Positions 39,847 to 50,082 of a DNA stretch of 64,000 nucleotides are shown piece by piece (position 1 is the first letter of the stretch; each line of letters opens with the position of its first letter). The DNA is from an uncultured delta proteobacterium. GTDB taxonomy: Bacteria > Desulfobacterota > Binatia > UBA9968. The notes below the pieces were generated by a model. That model was given only the letters and a program-made list of their open reading frames with translations, was not told where the DNA came from and made no database searches. Both the position numbers and the translations under genes were made by a program. The stretch lies in NCBI GenBank assembly GCA_963760795.1, contig CAVXEP010000030.1:1-64000 (forward strand), read 5' to 3'.

Positions 39847-40422
39847 ATGAAGCTTTACTACAATCCTCAAAGTCGCGCGGTAATCGCCAAGTGGATGCTT
39901 GACGAGTGCGGTGCGCAGTATGAGATCGTTCCCATCGATTTTGCCAAGCGCGAGCACAAGGCGCCGGAGTTCCTCCAGATCAACCCGGCCGGCAAGCTGC
40001 CCGCCCTCGTCGACGGCGACTCGAAAATCTTTGAAGGAACGGCGATCTGCCTCTATCTCGGCGACAAGTTTCCGCAAGCCAACCTCGCGCCCAAGATCGG
40101 TACCCCCGAACGAGGCCGCTATCTCTCGTTGATGGTCTATTCAACCTCTCAACTCGAGCCCGCGATGGGCGACGCATTATTAAAAGTAGAGCACCTGCCC
40201 CAGCGCGGCTGGACCGATTTCGCAACGGCGCAAACCGTCGTCGAGGGCGAGCTCGGCAAGGGGCCCTATTTATTCGGCGACTGGTTCACCGCGGCCGATA
40301 TCATGATTGGCTCCATGTTCATTTGGAAGCGCATCTTCGGCGCGCCCCCGAGCCGGCCAGCAATCGAATCCTATGCCGATCGTCTCCTCGCCCGTCCCAA
40401 GGCGATGAAGCTGGGCAAATGA
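39847..40422 (+). CDS. Glutathione S-transferase
   Basis: INPAGKLPALVD, EGTAICLYL, YLFGDWFTAADI. Confidence 0.93.
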   Translation: MKLYYNPQSRAVIAKWMLDECGAQYEIVPIDFAKREHKAPEFLQINPAGKLPALVDGDSKIFEGTAICLYLGDKFPQANLAPKIGTPERGRYLSLMVYSTSQLEPAMGDALLKVEHLPQRGWTDFATAQTVVEGELGKGPYLFGDWFTAADIMIGSMFIWKRIFGAPPSRPAIESYADRLLARPKAMKLGK

Positions 40423-40679
40423 TGCCTAATCGCCGCGGGCGATGGTACAGCGGCCGTTTGATTAAATCCCGATTTGTTTAGAAAGCCCGGTCCTGGGCTT
40501 GGCCGCAATCCTTACATCACCAACCGGTGGGGTCGATTCGTACACTGTTTCATGCTTGCACGAATCGGGTCCATAGCCAGGTTGCAAGAATTTGAAGGAA
40601 ACTTCCTTCATGAAAATACTACTTGTCCGGATAATCCGGATGCGGTGGCAATAAAATTTAATATTATTTTGAGCGCATT

Positions 40680-40696
40680 TTGGCATTGGGATTGCT
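40680..40696 (+). promoter_or_regulatory. Sigma54 promoter of the USP gene, with an upstream palindrome TCCGGAT-A-ATCCGGA (40626-40640)
   Basis: TTGGCATTGGGATTGCT = GG-N10-GC. Confidence 0.7.
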
Positions 40697-40719
40697 GTTT
40701 ACCAAAGCGGAGGTGAATT

Positions 40720-41274
40720 ATGATTGCCATTAAGAAAATCCTCGTTCCTATTGATCTTTCCGATGTTTCCATCCCGGCTATCGGCTACGCCAGTTCTCTC
40801 GCAACGGTTCATCACGCCGAGATCATTCTACTTCACGTCATTCATACAGAATCGTTGAAGGAACACTTTGCCGGAGGTTATGGCGAAGGCTTGTCTTTTC
40901 CGCCGGAGACTCCAATGAAGGTTCGGCATGAAACAAGCGTTGATAACATTTTCGCGATGAAGAAGCAGATGGTACTCAAGTTCCTCGACCAAAAGATCCG
41001 GCCAGATCTCCGTAATCTGGTGAAGTTCACACCTAGGGTAACGCTTGGCAAGGTCGCCGAAGAAATCATCGCCGCGGCCAATGAAGACAAATGCGATCTC
41101 ATCGTCATAACGAGCCGCGGATCGCGTCTCCGTCGTCTGCTCGGCGGGAGCATCACCGACCAGGTGGTGAGAAGCGCTCCGTGTCCGGTGCTTTCGATGC
41201 AGCCCTCCGCCGAGGTCAGAACAGAAAACGACGAACGATTGCAGATCAAGTTCATGGATCAATGGGCGGCCTAA
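40720..41274 (+). CDS. Universal stress protein
   Basis: KKILVPIDLS, LLHV, DLIV, GSITDQVVRSAPCPVL. Confidence 0.93.
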   Translation: MIAIKKILVPIDLSDVSIPAIGYASSLATVHHAEIILLHVIHTESLKEHFAGGYGEGLSFPPETPMKVRHETSVDNIFAMKKQMVLKFLDQKIRPDLRNLVKFTPRVTLGKVAEEIIAAANEDKCDLIVITSRGSRLRRLLGGSITDQVVRSAPCPVLSMQPSAEVRTENDERLQIKFMDQWAA

Positions 41275-41436
41275 CATCGCCGCCGCGTTTTGTGAAATAA
41301 GCGCGGCCAGGTTGATTGCCGGGTGGGCATAACGCTTTTGGAGGTCTTACCCGAGAAACCTCAAGCCGGAGGAAATAGTTCAAAAAGCCGTAAATGTAAT
41401 TTCGCGTGCCGCGGCACCAAGACAGGAGGAAGCCAA

Positions 41437-42024
41437 ATGCGTTGCACTATTTTTGCTTTCGTTATTCTCGCGATTTTTTTCTCTACTCCCGCATTCACCC
41501 AGGTCAAGCAGTGGACGGACAAAAATGGTGTTGTCCACTTCGAAGCGGTTGGCCGCCAGGGAGCCAGGAATACAAACTCGCCGCAAACGAAAACCAATGC
41601 GCTTCGACCGATCGACAGGAATTTCGTAAACCTTCGGCTCGGTGACGACGAATCAACGTTCACCGCTGCAAAAAAAGGCGTGCAGATTACCAACAACGGG
41701 GATGATGGCAATTTTTATAGCTACTCCAGCGCATTGCCTGAGGGCGCAATCAATATGGGCATTCTCTTCACTACCGGTAGACTGGCGCTGATCATGATCG
41801 AGTATCGCGACTTCGGGGTGGCAGGGTGGGATCAGCTCGTCAACGAAACTTTCAAGAAGTACGGACCGGCCTTGGGCGATAGCCGAACAGCGATTTGGCA
41901 TGACGGGACGACTCTGCTCAGTTTACAACACCAGTTGAGCGGCAATATCACGGTCAGGCTGGAAGACGTCGCGGCGATGTCGAGATACTCCGAGCAAGAG
42001 CGAGCCGCGCTGCCGAAATTTTGA
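41437..42024 (+). CDS. Exported protein with a DUF4124-like N-terminal motif
   Basis: Signal peptide then QWTDKNGVVHF; AGGAGG RBS. Confidence 0.7.
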   Translation: MRCTIFAFVILAIFFSTPAFTQVKQWTDKNGVVHFEAVGRQGARNTNSPQTKTNALRPIDRNFVNLRLGDDESTFTAAKKGVQITNNGDDGNFYSYSSALPEGAINMGILFTTGRLALIMIEYRDFGVAGWDQLVNETFKKYGPALGDSRTAIWHDGTTLLSLQHQLSGNITVRLEDVAAMSRYSEQERAALPKF

Positions 42025-42204
42025 CTTTGCTGCGGTCGTTTACGCGAGAAGTTCGTGCTAGTCGGTCGGTGGTCGTTTTATCGTCACCTGGTCCATGGAC
42101 GCTTCTCAGGCGCCGCTCGACGCACTGTGAACTGCGCAAATAACCGGCATTTTTGAATTGTGCGCGATGAGGTGGGTTTATTCGGCTGTTCGCGGTCATC
42201 ATGA

Positions 42205-42247
42205 CTAGGCGATGCCAAGATGCTGATGCTGCGTGGCCACGGCGCCG
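42205..42247 (+). pseudogene. 43-bp fragment copy of the class II aldolase (LGDAKMLMLRGHGA)
   Basis: Matches 37975-38017; abuts the GNAT stop codon. Confidence 0.75.
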
Positions 42248-42844
42248 CTAAAATACTCTCGGTCTCCACATGTACCAGGTCGGCGTGCCGATGATGTTTT
42301 CTTGGTGGCGCATGACGAAGCCGAATGTTTTGTAGAAATCCGCGTTCTCGGCCCGGTCAGTTTCAAGATAGCCCGCGGCTTTTTCCCGATCGAGATGCTC
42401 AATGTAACGATGCATCAGCGCCGTGCCAATACCTTGCCCCTGCCGTTCGGGCGCGACGCCGATCGGACCGAGGTGCACATGCGGCTCATCGGGATCGAGA
42501 TGGCACCATCGGCCGTACCACCGGATGACTTGCGGGATCGCATCGCCCAACGGTTTGAGCAGTGTCGCCGCCGTGTTGGGAACCTCCTCCGGCGCGGGAA
42601 GACAATAGGGTGCGGCATTAAAATGCATATAGCCGCACACAGCGCCGTCGCGCAACGCAACGAACGCCGGCCCGGTATACATGTTTCTCAGGCCAATGCG
42701 AAAAAAAGTGCGATTTTGATCGAGGCGCCCCGCGCCGAAAGCGGATAGATGAAGCGGACTGGTAACGAACGCTTGGGCCAACATCGAAACACAGTCGTCC
42801 AGGTGCGCAGCGGAATATTTTTCAACGACAATCGACATCTTCAT
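42248..42844 (-). CDS. GNAT-family N-acetyltransferase
   Basis: HLGPIGVAPERQGQGIGTALM, YLET, N..FY..FGF. Confidence 0.92.
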   Translation of the reverse strand: MKMSIVVEKYSAAHLDDCVSMLAQAFVTSPLHLSAFGAGRLDQNRTFFRIGLRNMYTGPAFVALRDGAVCGYMHFNAAPYCLPAPEEVPNTAATLLKPLGDAIPQVIRWYGRWCHLDPDEPHVHLGPIGVAPERQGQGIGTALMHRYIEHLDREKAAGYLETDRAENADFYKTFGFVMRHQENIIGTPTWYMWRPRVF

Positions 42845-42896
42845 GCGTCTCAGGAGTTTTTGACTGGCTGCTTAGAAAATACCGGCAATCTCGCGA

Positions 42897-43084
42897 TTGG
42901 ATGCCGTACTTCTCGAAGGCGCCGGTCACCTTGGCCAGTCATAACCCGGTTCCCGCCGGCCCAACCGTCGAATGGCCGAGGCGGAATTTCTTGAGCTCCG
43001 CCGCTTTAGCTTCAACTGCGAGCGGTAAAATGACCAGCAAGCTCAGCAACGCGCGGGCAAATATCGCCACCGATGATTCATCAT
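42897..43084 (-). pseudogene. N-terminal remnant of an SsuA/NMT1-type substrate-binding protein
   Basis: LLSLLVILPLAVEAKAAELKKFRLGHSTVGPAGTGL*LAKVTGAFEKYGI with an internal stop and a 5' frameshift. Confidence 0.6.
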
Positions 43085-43664
43085 TTGTTGTCGCTCCGCG
43101 AACTCTCCTGCCTTGTTAGCACGAGTTCTATTTCATGTTTAACGATTGTCTCAAGTTATCAAACACTCAACCTTCTGAGAACTCGTAACTTCACCGCGAA
43201 AAAATATCGGACAGTCTATACTTGGCGGTCTCCATGCTCGCGCTCGCGCACCGGTGTCCACGCCACGCGAAGACTGCGACCAAATGGACGATTTTGACAT
43301 CACAGATTCTGCGATCGGCTGGCAGCAAATATTGTGCCTTAGTTGGGTATGCTGGTAAGGGTCCCTTGCGTTGATTCTAGACCTAACCCTGCCCCCATGC
43401 GTATCGAAACGTGGAAAAACAAAGAAGGGGGTTCGAGCGACTCAGCTGAGCAAGATAACTCAATACTCACTACCCCAACTACGCGGACCCCGACCACGGC
43501 GCTGGAAGACCTGACGCTGAACTTGATTTGCAAGATAGGCAGGTTATAAATGCCCCTGAGCCTAGTTTGACAACTCCCCGGTCCAGCGATACTGCTCGGG
43601 CGAGAAAAAACGTTGGTTTAAGTTTCCTATACATATAATCGGCACAAGACCAGGAGGTAGAGTC

Positions 43665-44261
43665 ATGTCAACCACAACGGAGCGCCCTCTCGCAGATGCG
43701 CTCACCGCAATCAAGTCGCGTCGCTCGGTGAAGGAGTACCTGTCCACCGAGATTCCTCGGGAGTGGATCGAGGAGCTGCTCGACGCCGCCCACTGGGCGC
43801 CCAACCACAAATTGACCCATCCCTGGCGTTTTCACGTGTTCTCCGGAGAGGGGCGCGAGCGATTGGTCGCAGCCCGTCAGGCGTCAGTACGTTGGGCCGC
43901 GGAGAAAAAGGGCGAGCAGGCGAGCGAAGAGGCTCTCAAATTCGCCCGGGATAAGTGTTATTCGTCCCCGGTCCTGATCATCGTTTCCATGGTTGGCGAT
44001 GAGAAAAAAATCACTGACCAGGAGAACTATGCGGCCTGCTGGTGCGCCATTGAGAATCTGCTGGTTGCCGCCAACGCGCGCGGCCTGGGCAGTTATCCCA
44101 GCACGGGCGACTGGATCGACCAAAACTTCGTTGGCCCAGTTCTCGGACTCACAGAAAAAGAACGGCCGGTGGCGTGCATTTTCTTGGGCTACTCCGAGCA
44201 GGCGACCATGGCCAAGCGCCTGCCCGTGGATCGCCATACCACCTGGTACACCCAAGCCTGA
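43665..44261 (+). CDS. Nitroreductase family (YdjA-like)
   Basis: IKSRRSVK, AAHWAPNHKLTHPWRF, AIENLLVAANARGLGS. Confidence 0.92.
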   Translation: MSTTTERPLADALTAIKSRRSVKEYLSTEIPREWIEELLDAAHWAPNHKLTHPWRFHVFSGEGRERLVAARQASVRWAAEKKGEQASEEALKFARDKCYSSPVLIIVSMVGDEKKITDQENYAACWCAIENLLVAANARGLGSYPSTGDWIDQNFVGPVLGLTEKERPVACIFLGYSEQATMAKRLPVDRHTTWYTQA

Positions 44262-44322
44262 AGTTCTCACCCGAGTAACTCAGTAAAATCCGCCTCTTGA
44301 GGCGGCCACAAAACTGCTGACA

Positions 44323-44357
44323 AGAGCAAAGGGGGTCGAACACCCCCCCTTTGCTCT
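44323..44357 (+). terminator. Hairpin/terminator
   Basis: AGAGCAAAGGGGG / CCCCCTTTGCTCT. Confidence 0.6.
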
Positions 44358-44686
44358 CGAGTGGGCTTCACCCCGCTCAACAATCCGTTGATTGAGACCA
44401 GCTCGCCGGAGTTTGTCAAAGCTGAGATCCATGGGTTTCTCGACTTTGTAATCTTCGCGCACGAGTTTCACCGATTGCACCGCGCCTGAGTGCGCTCATG
44501 ATAAGCGGTCGTCTTTTCGTGCATGCGAGACGGTAGCGCCACTCCTGCGCTGCACTGCGCGGGGCGGAAACCGCTAGCCATTTGGTTGATCACGTCATTG
44601 TCCCGGGTCCCGGTACGCCAATGGGTGCTGAAGTTTCCAATATGCAAGATAGTCAGGCTATAAAAGTCTGACTTTGGCTCTTTTCC

Positions 44687-45682
44687 ATGATCGAAGTCGA
44701 CAAACTCACCAAATCCTTCTTCGTCCACAAGAAGGAGGCCGGCCTACTCGGCTCGGTGCGTTCACTATTCAAGCGCGAGAAAATCGAGAAGACCGCGGTG
44801 AGCGAGGTTAGCTTCCGAATCGGCGAGGGGGAAATCGTCGGCCTTGTCGGGGCCAACGGCGCGGGCAAGACGACGCTCGTCAAGATGCTCGCGGGGATCA
44901 TCTTCCCGACTCGCGGCGACGCACGCGTGCTGGGGTATCGGCCGTGGGAGCGGAACGACGACCTGCGGCGACAAATCGCCCTCATCATGGGCCAGAAGGC
45001 ACAACTTTGGTGGGACCTTCCGGCGGCCGATTGCTTTCTGCTGCTGAGGGAAATCTACCGCATCCCAAAGGAGCGCTTCGACGCGACGCTTGGCGAACTC
45101 GTCAAGGTGCTCGACGTGAAAGACCAGCTCAACATCCAGATCCGCCGGCTTTCGCTGGGCGAGCGGATGAAGATGGAGTTGATCGCGGCGCTGCTGCACT
45201 CCCCGCGCGTGGTCTACCTCGACGAGCCAACCATCGGGTTGGACATCACGGCGCAGCGTTCGATCCGCGAGTTCATCCTTCGGTACCAGTCAGAGCGGCG
45301 CCCCGCGATGATACTCACGAGCCATTACATGGAGGACATCGAGCGCCTTTGCCGGCGCATCATGATCATTCGCGACGGGACGATCGTGTACGACGGCAGC
45401 CTGCAGGAAGTCGTGACGGCGTACGCGCAGCACAAGGTCGTGACGGCGCATCTTCCCGAGGGGGCGGAACCGTGGGCGGACCGCGCGGAGTTGGAAAAGC
45501 TAGGCGAGGTGAAGGAGTGCACCGATGGCTCGGTGAAGATCCATGTTCCGCGCGCGAATGTTGCGCAGGCCGCGGCGCGTCTTGTGAATCTCACCAATGC
45601 GCGCGACCTGTCCGTTGAGGAAGAGGACATCGGGACGATCATCGAGTCGATCATGCAGGCGCGCGAGAAGGGACCGCAGTGA
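44687..45682 (+). CDS. ABC-2 transporter ATP-binding protein
   Basis: GANGAGKTT, GQKAQLWWDLP, LSLGERMK, LDEPTIGLD. Confidence 0.95.
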   Translation: MIEVDKLTKSFFVHKKEAGLLGSVRSLFKREKIEKTAVSEVSFRIGEGEIVGLVGANGAGKTTLVKMLAGIIFPTRGDARVLGYRPWERNDDLRRQIALIMGQKAQLWWDLPAADCFLLLREIYRIPKERFDATLGELVKVLDVKDQLNIQIRRLSLGERMKMELIAALLHSPRVVYLDEPTIGLDITAQRSIREFILRYQSERRPAMILTSHYMEDIERLCRRIMIIRDGTIVYDGSLQEVVTAYAQHKVVTAHLPEGAEPWADRAELEKLGEVKECTDGSVKIHVPRANVAQAAARLVNLTNARDLSVEEEDIGTIIESIMQAREKGPQ

Positions 45683-46488
45683 GGCCGCGCCTCTTCTGGT
45701 CGATCACGACGATGCAGGCGCGGAAGATAATGAGTTATCGCGCCGACTTCTGGATCAGCGCCCTCTTCGGTTTCGTGATCCAGATGGGTGTCGTCTATTT
45801 CCTCTGGGACGCGATGTTCCGCGAATCGGGACAGGAGCGGATCGGCGGCTACACGTTCAGGCCGATGTTGATGTACTATGTGATGGTTCTGCTCATCAGT
45901 AAAGTCGTCAACGTGCGGATGGGAGACGGCATGGTTGCGGGTGATATCTACGACGGCGGACTTTCGCGCTACATCCTATATCCGACGAATTACTTTCTCT
46001 TCAAGTTCGCCCAGCGCCTCGGGGACCTCACGCCGGCACTGGTCCAGATCACGGTTTTCGGGACCTTCTGCGCACTGCTTTTCCGCACGCCGGAACTCGA
46101 TATCGACGCGGCGGGCATGCTCATGGGTGCGGTGTCGCTGTTTGCGGCGACGACGCTGATGTTTGCGCTGACGATCCCGTTCGAAACAATCGCGTTCTGG
46201 GCCGACAACGTGTGGAGCCTGAATGTAATGCTCCGATTCGCGGTCCAACTCTTCGGCGGGATGATGATGCCGATGACGCTGTATCCCGAATGGGCGCGCG
46301 CGGCATTGCACTGGCTCCCGTTCCGGTATGTCTTCGACGTCCCGGTCAACGTCATCCTCGGCAGGATCGGCGTCGGCGAGTGGCTGCTCGGGCTGGTTGT
46401 TTGCGCCGGCTGGCTTACCATCGTCTCGGCCGTCACGGCGCTGCTGTGGCGGCGCGGTTCGCGGACCTACACGGGGGTGGGGATGTGA
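45679..46488 (+). CDS. ABC-2 permease (DUF990/ABC2_membrane_6 type)
   Basis: YRADF, DIYDGGLSRYILYP, LPF, terminal TGVG. Confidence 0.88.
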   Translation: MRPRLFWSITTMQARKIMSYRADFWISALFGFVIQMGVVYFLWDAMFRESGQERIGGYTFRPMLMYYVMVLLISKVVNVRMGDGMVAGDIYDGGLSRYILYPTNYFLFKFAQRLGDLTPALVQITVFGTFCALLFRTPELDIDAAGMLMGAVSLFAATTLMFALTIPFETIAFWADNVWSLNVMLRFAVQLFGGMMMPMTLYPEWARAALHWLPFRYVFDVPVNVILGRIGVGEWLLGLVVCAGWLTIVSAVTALLWRRGSRTYTGVGM

Positions 46489-47273
46489 TCCGCTACTTTC
46501 GGCTCTACCTCTATTTTCTGCAATTTTCTTTCAGCCGGGCGATGGAGTTCCGTCTCGATTTCTTTTTTCGAATCGTGATGGATTGCATGTTCTACGTCGT
46601 GCAACTCGCCTTCTTCTTCATCCTGTACGAGCACACGAGGCTGCTGGGGGGATGGAACCTCGATCAGATCATCATCTTCACATCGGCGTGGCTCTTTCTC
46701 GATGCGGTGAACATGACTGTTTTCTCGAACAACATGTGGTGGCTCCCGATCCTGATCAACCGGGGAGACCTGGACTACTATCTGGTGCGCCCCGTTTCGA
46801 CGCTCTTCTTCGTCAGCTTTAGAGATTTCGCGGCGAACTCGTTCGTCAATCTCGTCATCGCAACGGGGATCATGGCGTGGTCGCTGATGCGCTATCCGCA
46901 GTCGTTGGGCGCGGGGCGGGTTCTCCTCTTCTGCGTGATGCTGGCGATCGGCTCGTTCATCTTCTACGTGATCCAGATGGCGTTCCTGATTCCGACTTTT
47001 TGGCTGCATTCCAGCAGTGGGTTCTGGGAGCTGCGCTTTCAGGTCGAGAAGTATGCCGAGCGTCCGGACCAGATTTATTCGCGTTGGCTGCGACGCATTC
47101 TCCTATCCGTCCTGCCGCTCGCGTTTCTGATTTCGGTGCCGACACACGCGCTGTTTTCGGGACTCGACTGGAAGGGCGTGCTGCACACTGTCGTCATCGT
47201 GGTAGGATCCTTCGCGTTCCTCATCGGTTTCTGGAGGCTCGGGCTCCGGTCGTATGTTTCGGCGTCGTCGTGA
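46485..47273 (+). CDS. ABC-2 permease (DUF990/ABC2_membrane_6 type)
   Basis: GTG start overlapping the upstream stop; GGWN, GDLDYYLVRP, terminal YVSASS. Confidence 0.88.
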   Translation: MIRYFRLYLYFLQFSFSRAMEFRLDFFFRIVMDCMFYVVQLAFFFILYEHTRLLGGWNLDQIIIFTSAWLFLDAVNMTVFSNNMWWLPILINRGDLDYYLVRPVSTLFFVSFRDFAANSFVNLVIATGIMAWSLMRYPQSLGAGRVLLFCVMLAIGSFIFYVIQMAFLIPTFWLHSSSGFWELRFQVEKYAERPDQIYSRWLRRILLSVLPLAFLISVPTHALFSGLDWKGVLHTVVIVVGSFAFLIGFWRLGLRSYVSASS

Positions 47274-47296
47274 GAATGGCAGCAGGGGCAGCGTTG

Positions 47297-47792
47297 CCAG
47301 CACGGACGACTGGATCGACCAAAACTTCGTCGGCTCAATTCTGGGACTCACAAAGAAAGAGCGGCCGGTGGCTTGAATTTTCTTGGGCTACTCCGAGCCG
47401 GCGACCATGGCCAAGCGCCTGCCCGTGGATCGCCATACCACCTGGTACACCGAGGCTTGAAATTCTCACCTGAGTAAAATGGGGCCACCGTGCCGGAGTT
47501 TGTCCGAGCCGAGTTCGATGTCTTTCTCGAATTCGGAGTCGTCGCGCACGAGTTTCTCCGACTGCGCCGCAACTGGGGTATCAGACTGTGTCGCGATACC
47601 GTTCATGGTTCGAGAACCTCACCACGAACGGTATTGCTGAGTCGTGAATTAAAATACTTATCCGTTCGCCCTGAGCTACCGTCGAAGGGCTCCGAGATAT
47701 TGCCAGACACTGTGGTGCGCGGCGCAGGGCGGAAACCGCCGCCCACTTGCTTGATCACGTCATCCCCTGGTCCCGGTGCGCCAATGGGTGCT
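47297..47792 (+). repeat. Degenerate direct repeat of 44098-44630 (nitroreductase 3' end plus downstream DNA)
   Basis: 47297-47477 matches 44098-44278; 47492-47577 matches 44405-44490; about 47725-47792 matches 44560-44629. Confidence 0.9.
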
Positions 47793-47950
47793 ATCGACTG
47801 TTGACCATCAACCAACTTTGCGTCAATAGGATAGGTAGATTTCGCAAAGCGGTCCAGATCGCGCAAGGGGTTAATTGCTGGAAACATAACCGTTTTTTCT
47901 GCCGGCATCTTTCGCCAAGTTTGCCGATAAACAGCCGCGAGGCAGCACCT

Positions 47951-49156
47951 ATGAAACGAAGCATGGAACGAATTCTCACTACCCATGTCGGCAGTCTGCC
48001 GCGGCCGGTTGACCTGCGCGCCATGTGGGCGAAGAAATCTAGTGCAGCTGAGGACGAAGCCGCACTGCAATCGCGGCTGCGCTCCGCCATCGGCGAGGTC
48101 GTGCTGGCGCAGCAAAGCGCCGGCATCGATATTCCGAACGACGGCGAGTTCGGCAAGCCCATGCGCGCCGCCACCGACCGCGGCGCTTGGGGCAACTATA
48201 TCTTCGACCGCCTCTCCGGCTTCACGGCAACTTCGCCGCAGACCATCGCGCCCGATACCGCCGCGCCCGGAGCAGCGATGCGCGTCGTCGGCGTGCGCTG
48301 GGAACAACGCGAGTTCGCTGAATTCTACGCCGACACCGGACTCGGCGCACCGAGCACCGCCGCCATGCGGCCAACCTGCACCGGACCCCTCGCCTACACC
48401 GGGCAAACTTTTTTGCGCGAGCAGCTTGCGAGCTTAAAGGCCGCTACCTATGGCGCCGGCATCGGCGAAGCATTCGTCAGCGCCATCGCCCCCGGCAGCC
48501 TGGAGATGTTCTGCCGCGATCAGAACAGTTATTACCCGACAACTGAGAAATTCTTGGAAGCGCTCGCCGCCGCGCTGCGCGAAGAATATCGCGCGATCAT
48601 CGACGCCGGGTTCATCTTGCAACTCGACGATCCCGGCTTGCCCGGCGCCTGGGACATGCTCGATCCGCAGCCAAGCGTCGAGGAGTACCGACGCTACGCA
48701 TCGCAGCGCGTCGAGATTTTGAATCACGCGCTCGATGGCATCCCGATGGAGCGCGTGCGCTTTCACATCTGCTGGGGCAGCTGGCATGGTCCGCACACCA
48801 CTGATTTTCCGCTGCGCGACATCGTCGATATCATGCTCAGGGTCAACGCCCAGGCGTACCTGGTCGAAGCCGGCAACGTCCGCCACGAACATGAATACAA
48901 AGTTTGGCGCGACGTGAAATTGCCCGCCGGAAAAATTCTCATCCCGGGAGTCGTCAGCCACTCCACCGATCTCATCGAGCACCCCGAACTGGTGGCCGAC
49001 CGTATCGTCGCCTTCGCTGAAATCGTCGGGAGAGAAAACGTCATCGCCGGCACCGATTGCGGCCTAGGCGGTCGCGTGCATCCGCAAATCGCCTGGGCCA
49101 AGCTGCGTGTGCTGGGCGAAGGCGCGGCGATCGCGAGCAAGAAGCTGTGGAGCTGA
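47951..49156 (+). CDS. Cobalamin-independent methionine synthase II (single-barrel MetE-like) family
   Basis: THVGSLPRP, DGEFGK, LQLDDP, Zn ligands HICWG...E...TDCG. Confidence 0.92.
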   Translation: MKRSMERILTTHVGSLPRPVDLRAMWAKKSSAAEDEAALQSRLRSAIGEVVLAQQSAGIDIPNDGEFGKPMRAATDRGAWGNYIFDRLSGFTATSPQTIAPDTAAPGAAMRVVGVRWEQREFAEFYADTGLGAPSTAAMRPTCTGPLAYTGQTFLREQLASLKAATYGAGIGEAFVSAIAPGSLEMFCRDQNSYYPTTEKFLEALAAALREEYRAIIDAGFILQLDDPGLPGAWDMLDPQPSVEEYRRYASQRVEILNHALDGIPMERVRFHICWGSWHGPHTTDFPLRDIVDIMLRVNAQAYLVEAGNVRHEHEYKVWRDVKLPAGKILIPGVVSHSTDLIEHPELVADRIVAFAEIVGRENVIAGTDCGLGGRVHPQIAWAKLRVLGEGAAIASKKLWS

Positions 49157-49355
49157 GATTAGGAAAGATTCGGAGGATGGTTAGGAGTGAAAGATCTGAA
49201 TGCAGATACTTCCCTCCCCCTTCCTGTTGCTGGATTCGCAATGGGTCGATCAAGGGAACTTCGTGAGTGGGATTTGAACCCCTTTGGCAACCCCGCAGTT
49301 TTATGCCCGCTTAAGAGGCGGGGATTATAGGAATTAACCTAATGAGGAGACCTGA

Positions 49356-50000
49356 ATGAAAATCGCTCTTTACTACGCCCCCAACACCTGCGCGCTCGCT
49401 CCCTATGTCACGCTGACCGAAGCGGGCGCCGACTTCGAGGTCCGGCCGCTCAATTTCCGCAAGCGGCAGAATTTCTCGCCCGAGTATCTAAAACTAAACC
49501 CGAAGCACAAGGTGCCTGCGCTCGTGGTCGACGGCAAGATACTGACCGAGAACGTCGCCATCCATCAATGGGTCCATCGGACCTTCCCCAACGCGAAGAT
49601 CCTGCCCGCCGATCCATGGGATCAGTTGCAGGCGATCTCGCTGCACGCCTGGTGTGCCAGCGGCATTCACCCCTATCTCAGCCGGATCAACAACCCGCCA
49701 AAGGTCTCTGACGCAACCGGCGCGTCCGACAGCGTCATTAAGTTTGCGACAGAAGGACTGTTCGAGAACTTCCGGATCGCCGACGATTTGCTGGCCGGGC
49801 GTGAGTACTTCTTCGATCACTTTACCGCCCCGGACGCGCACTTCTTTTGGTGCTGCCGCCGCGCCAGCCAGTTGGAGGTAAACATCTCCGGCTTCCCCAA
49901 CGTCGTCGCGCATTTCCAGCGCATGCAGGAGCGCCCGAGCGTCAAGAAGCTGATCGCCTACGAGAAAGAAATTAATGAATCGTTTGCCAAGACGGCCTAG
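49356..50000 (+). CDS. Glutathione S-transferase (beta-class-like)
   Basis: YYAPNTCALA, NPKHKVPAL, LTENVAI. Confidence 0.93.
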   Translation: MKIALYYAPNTCALAPYVTLTEAGADFEVRPLNFRKRQNFSPEYLKLNPKHKVPALVVDGKILTENVAIHQWVHRTFPNAKILPADPWDQLQAISLHAWCASGIHPYLSRINNPPKVSDATGASDSVIKFATEGLFENFRIADDLLAGREYFFDHFTAPDAHFFWCCRRASQLEVNISGFPNVVAHFQRMQERPSVKKLIAYEKEINESFAKTA

Positions 50001-50082
50001 ACAACCACAGCAACTTCGATTGTTCGATGGCCGACCTACTCAAAAGGAAATTCCTATAATCTATCATTTGAAGGAGAGCTTC

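Noticed and set aside
43330-43600. Possible ncRNA or small ORF upstream of the nitroreductase
   Set aside because: No recognisable RNA motif, strong RBS or protein signature
47951-49156. Calling the gene metE
   Set aside because: Single-barrel family members often have other functions, and there is no folate-binding N-terminal barrel or met context
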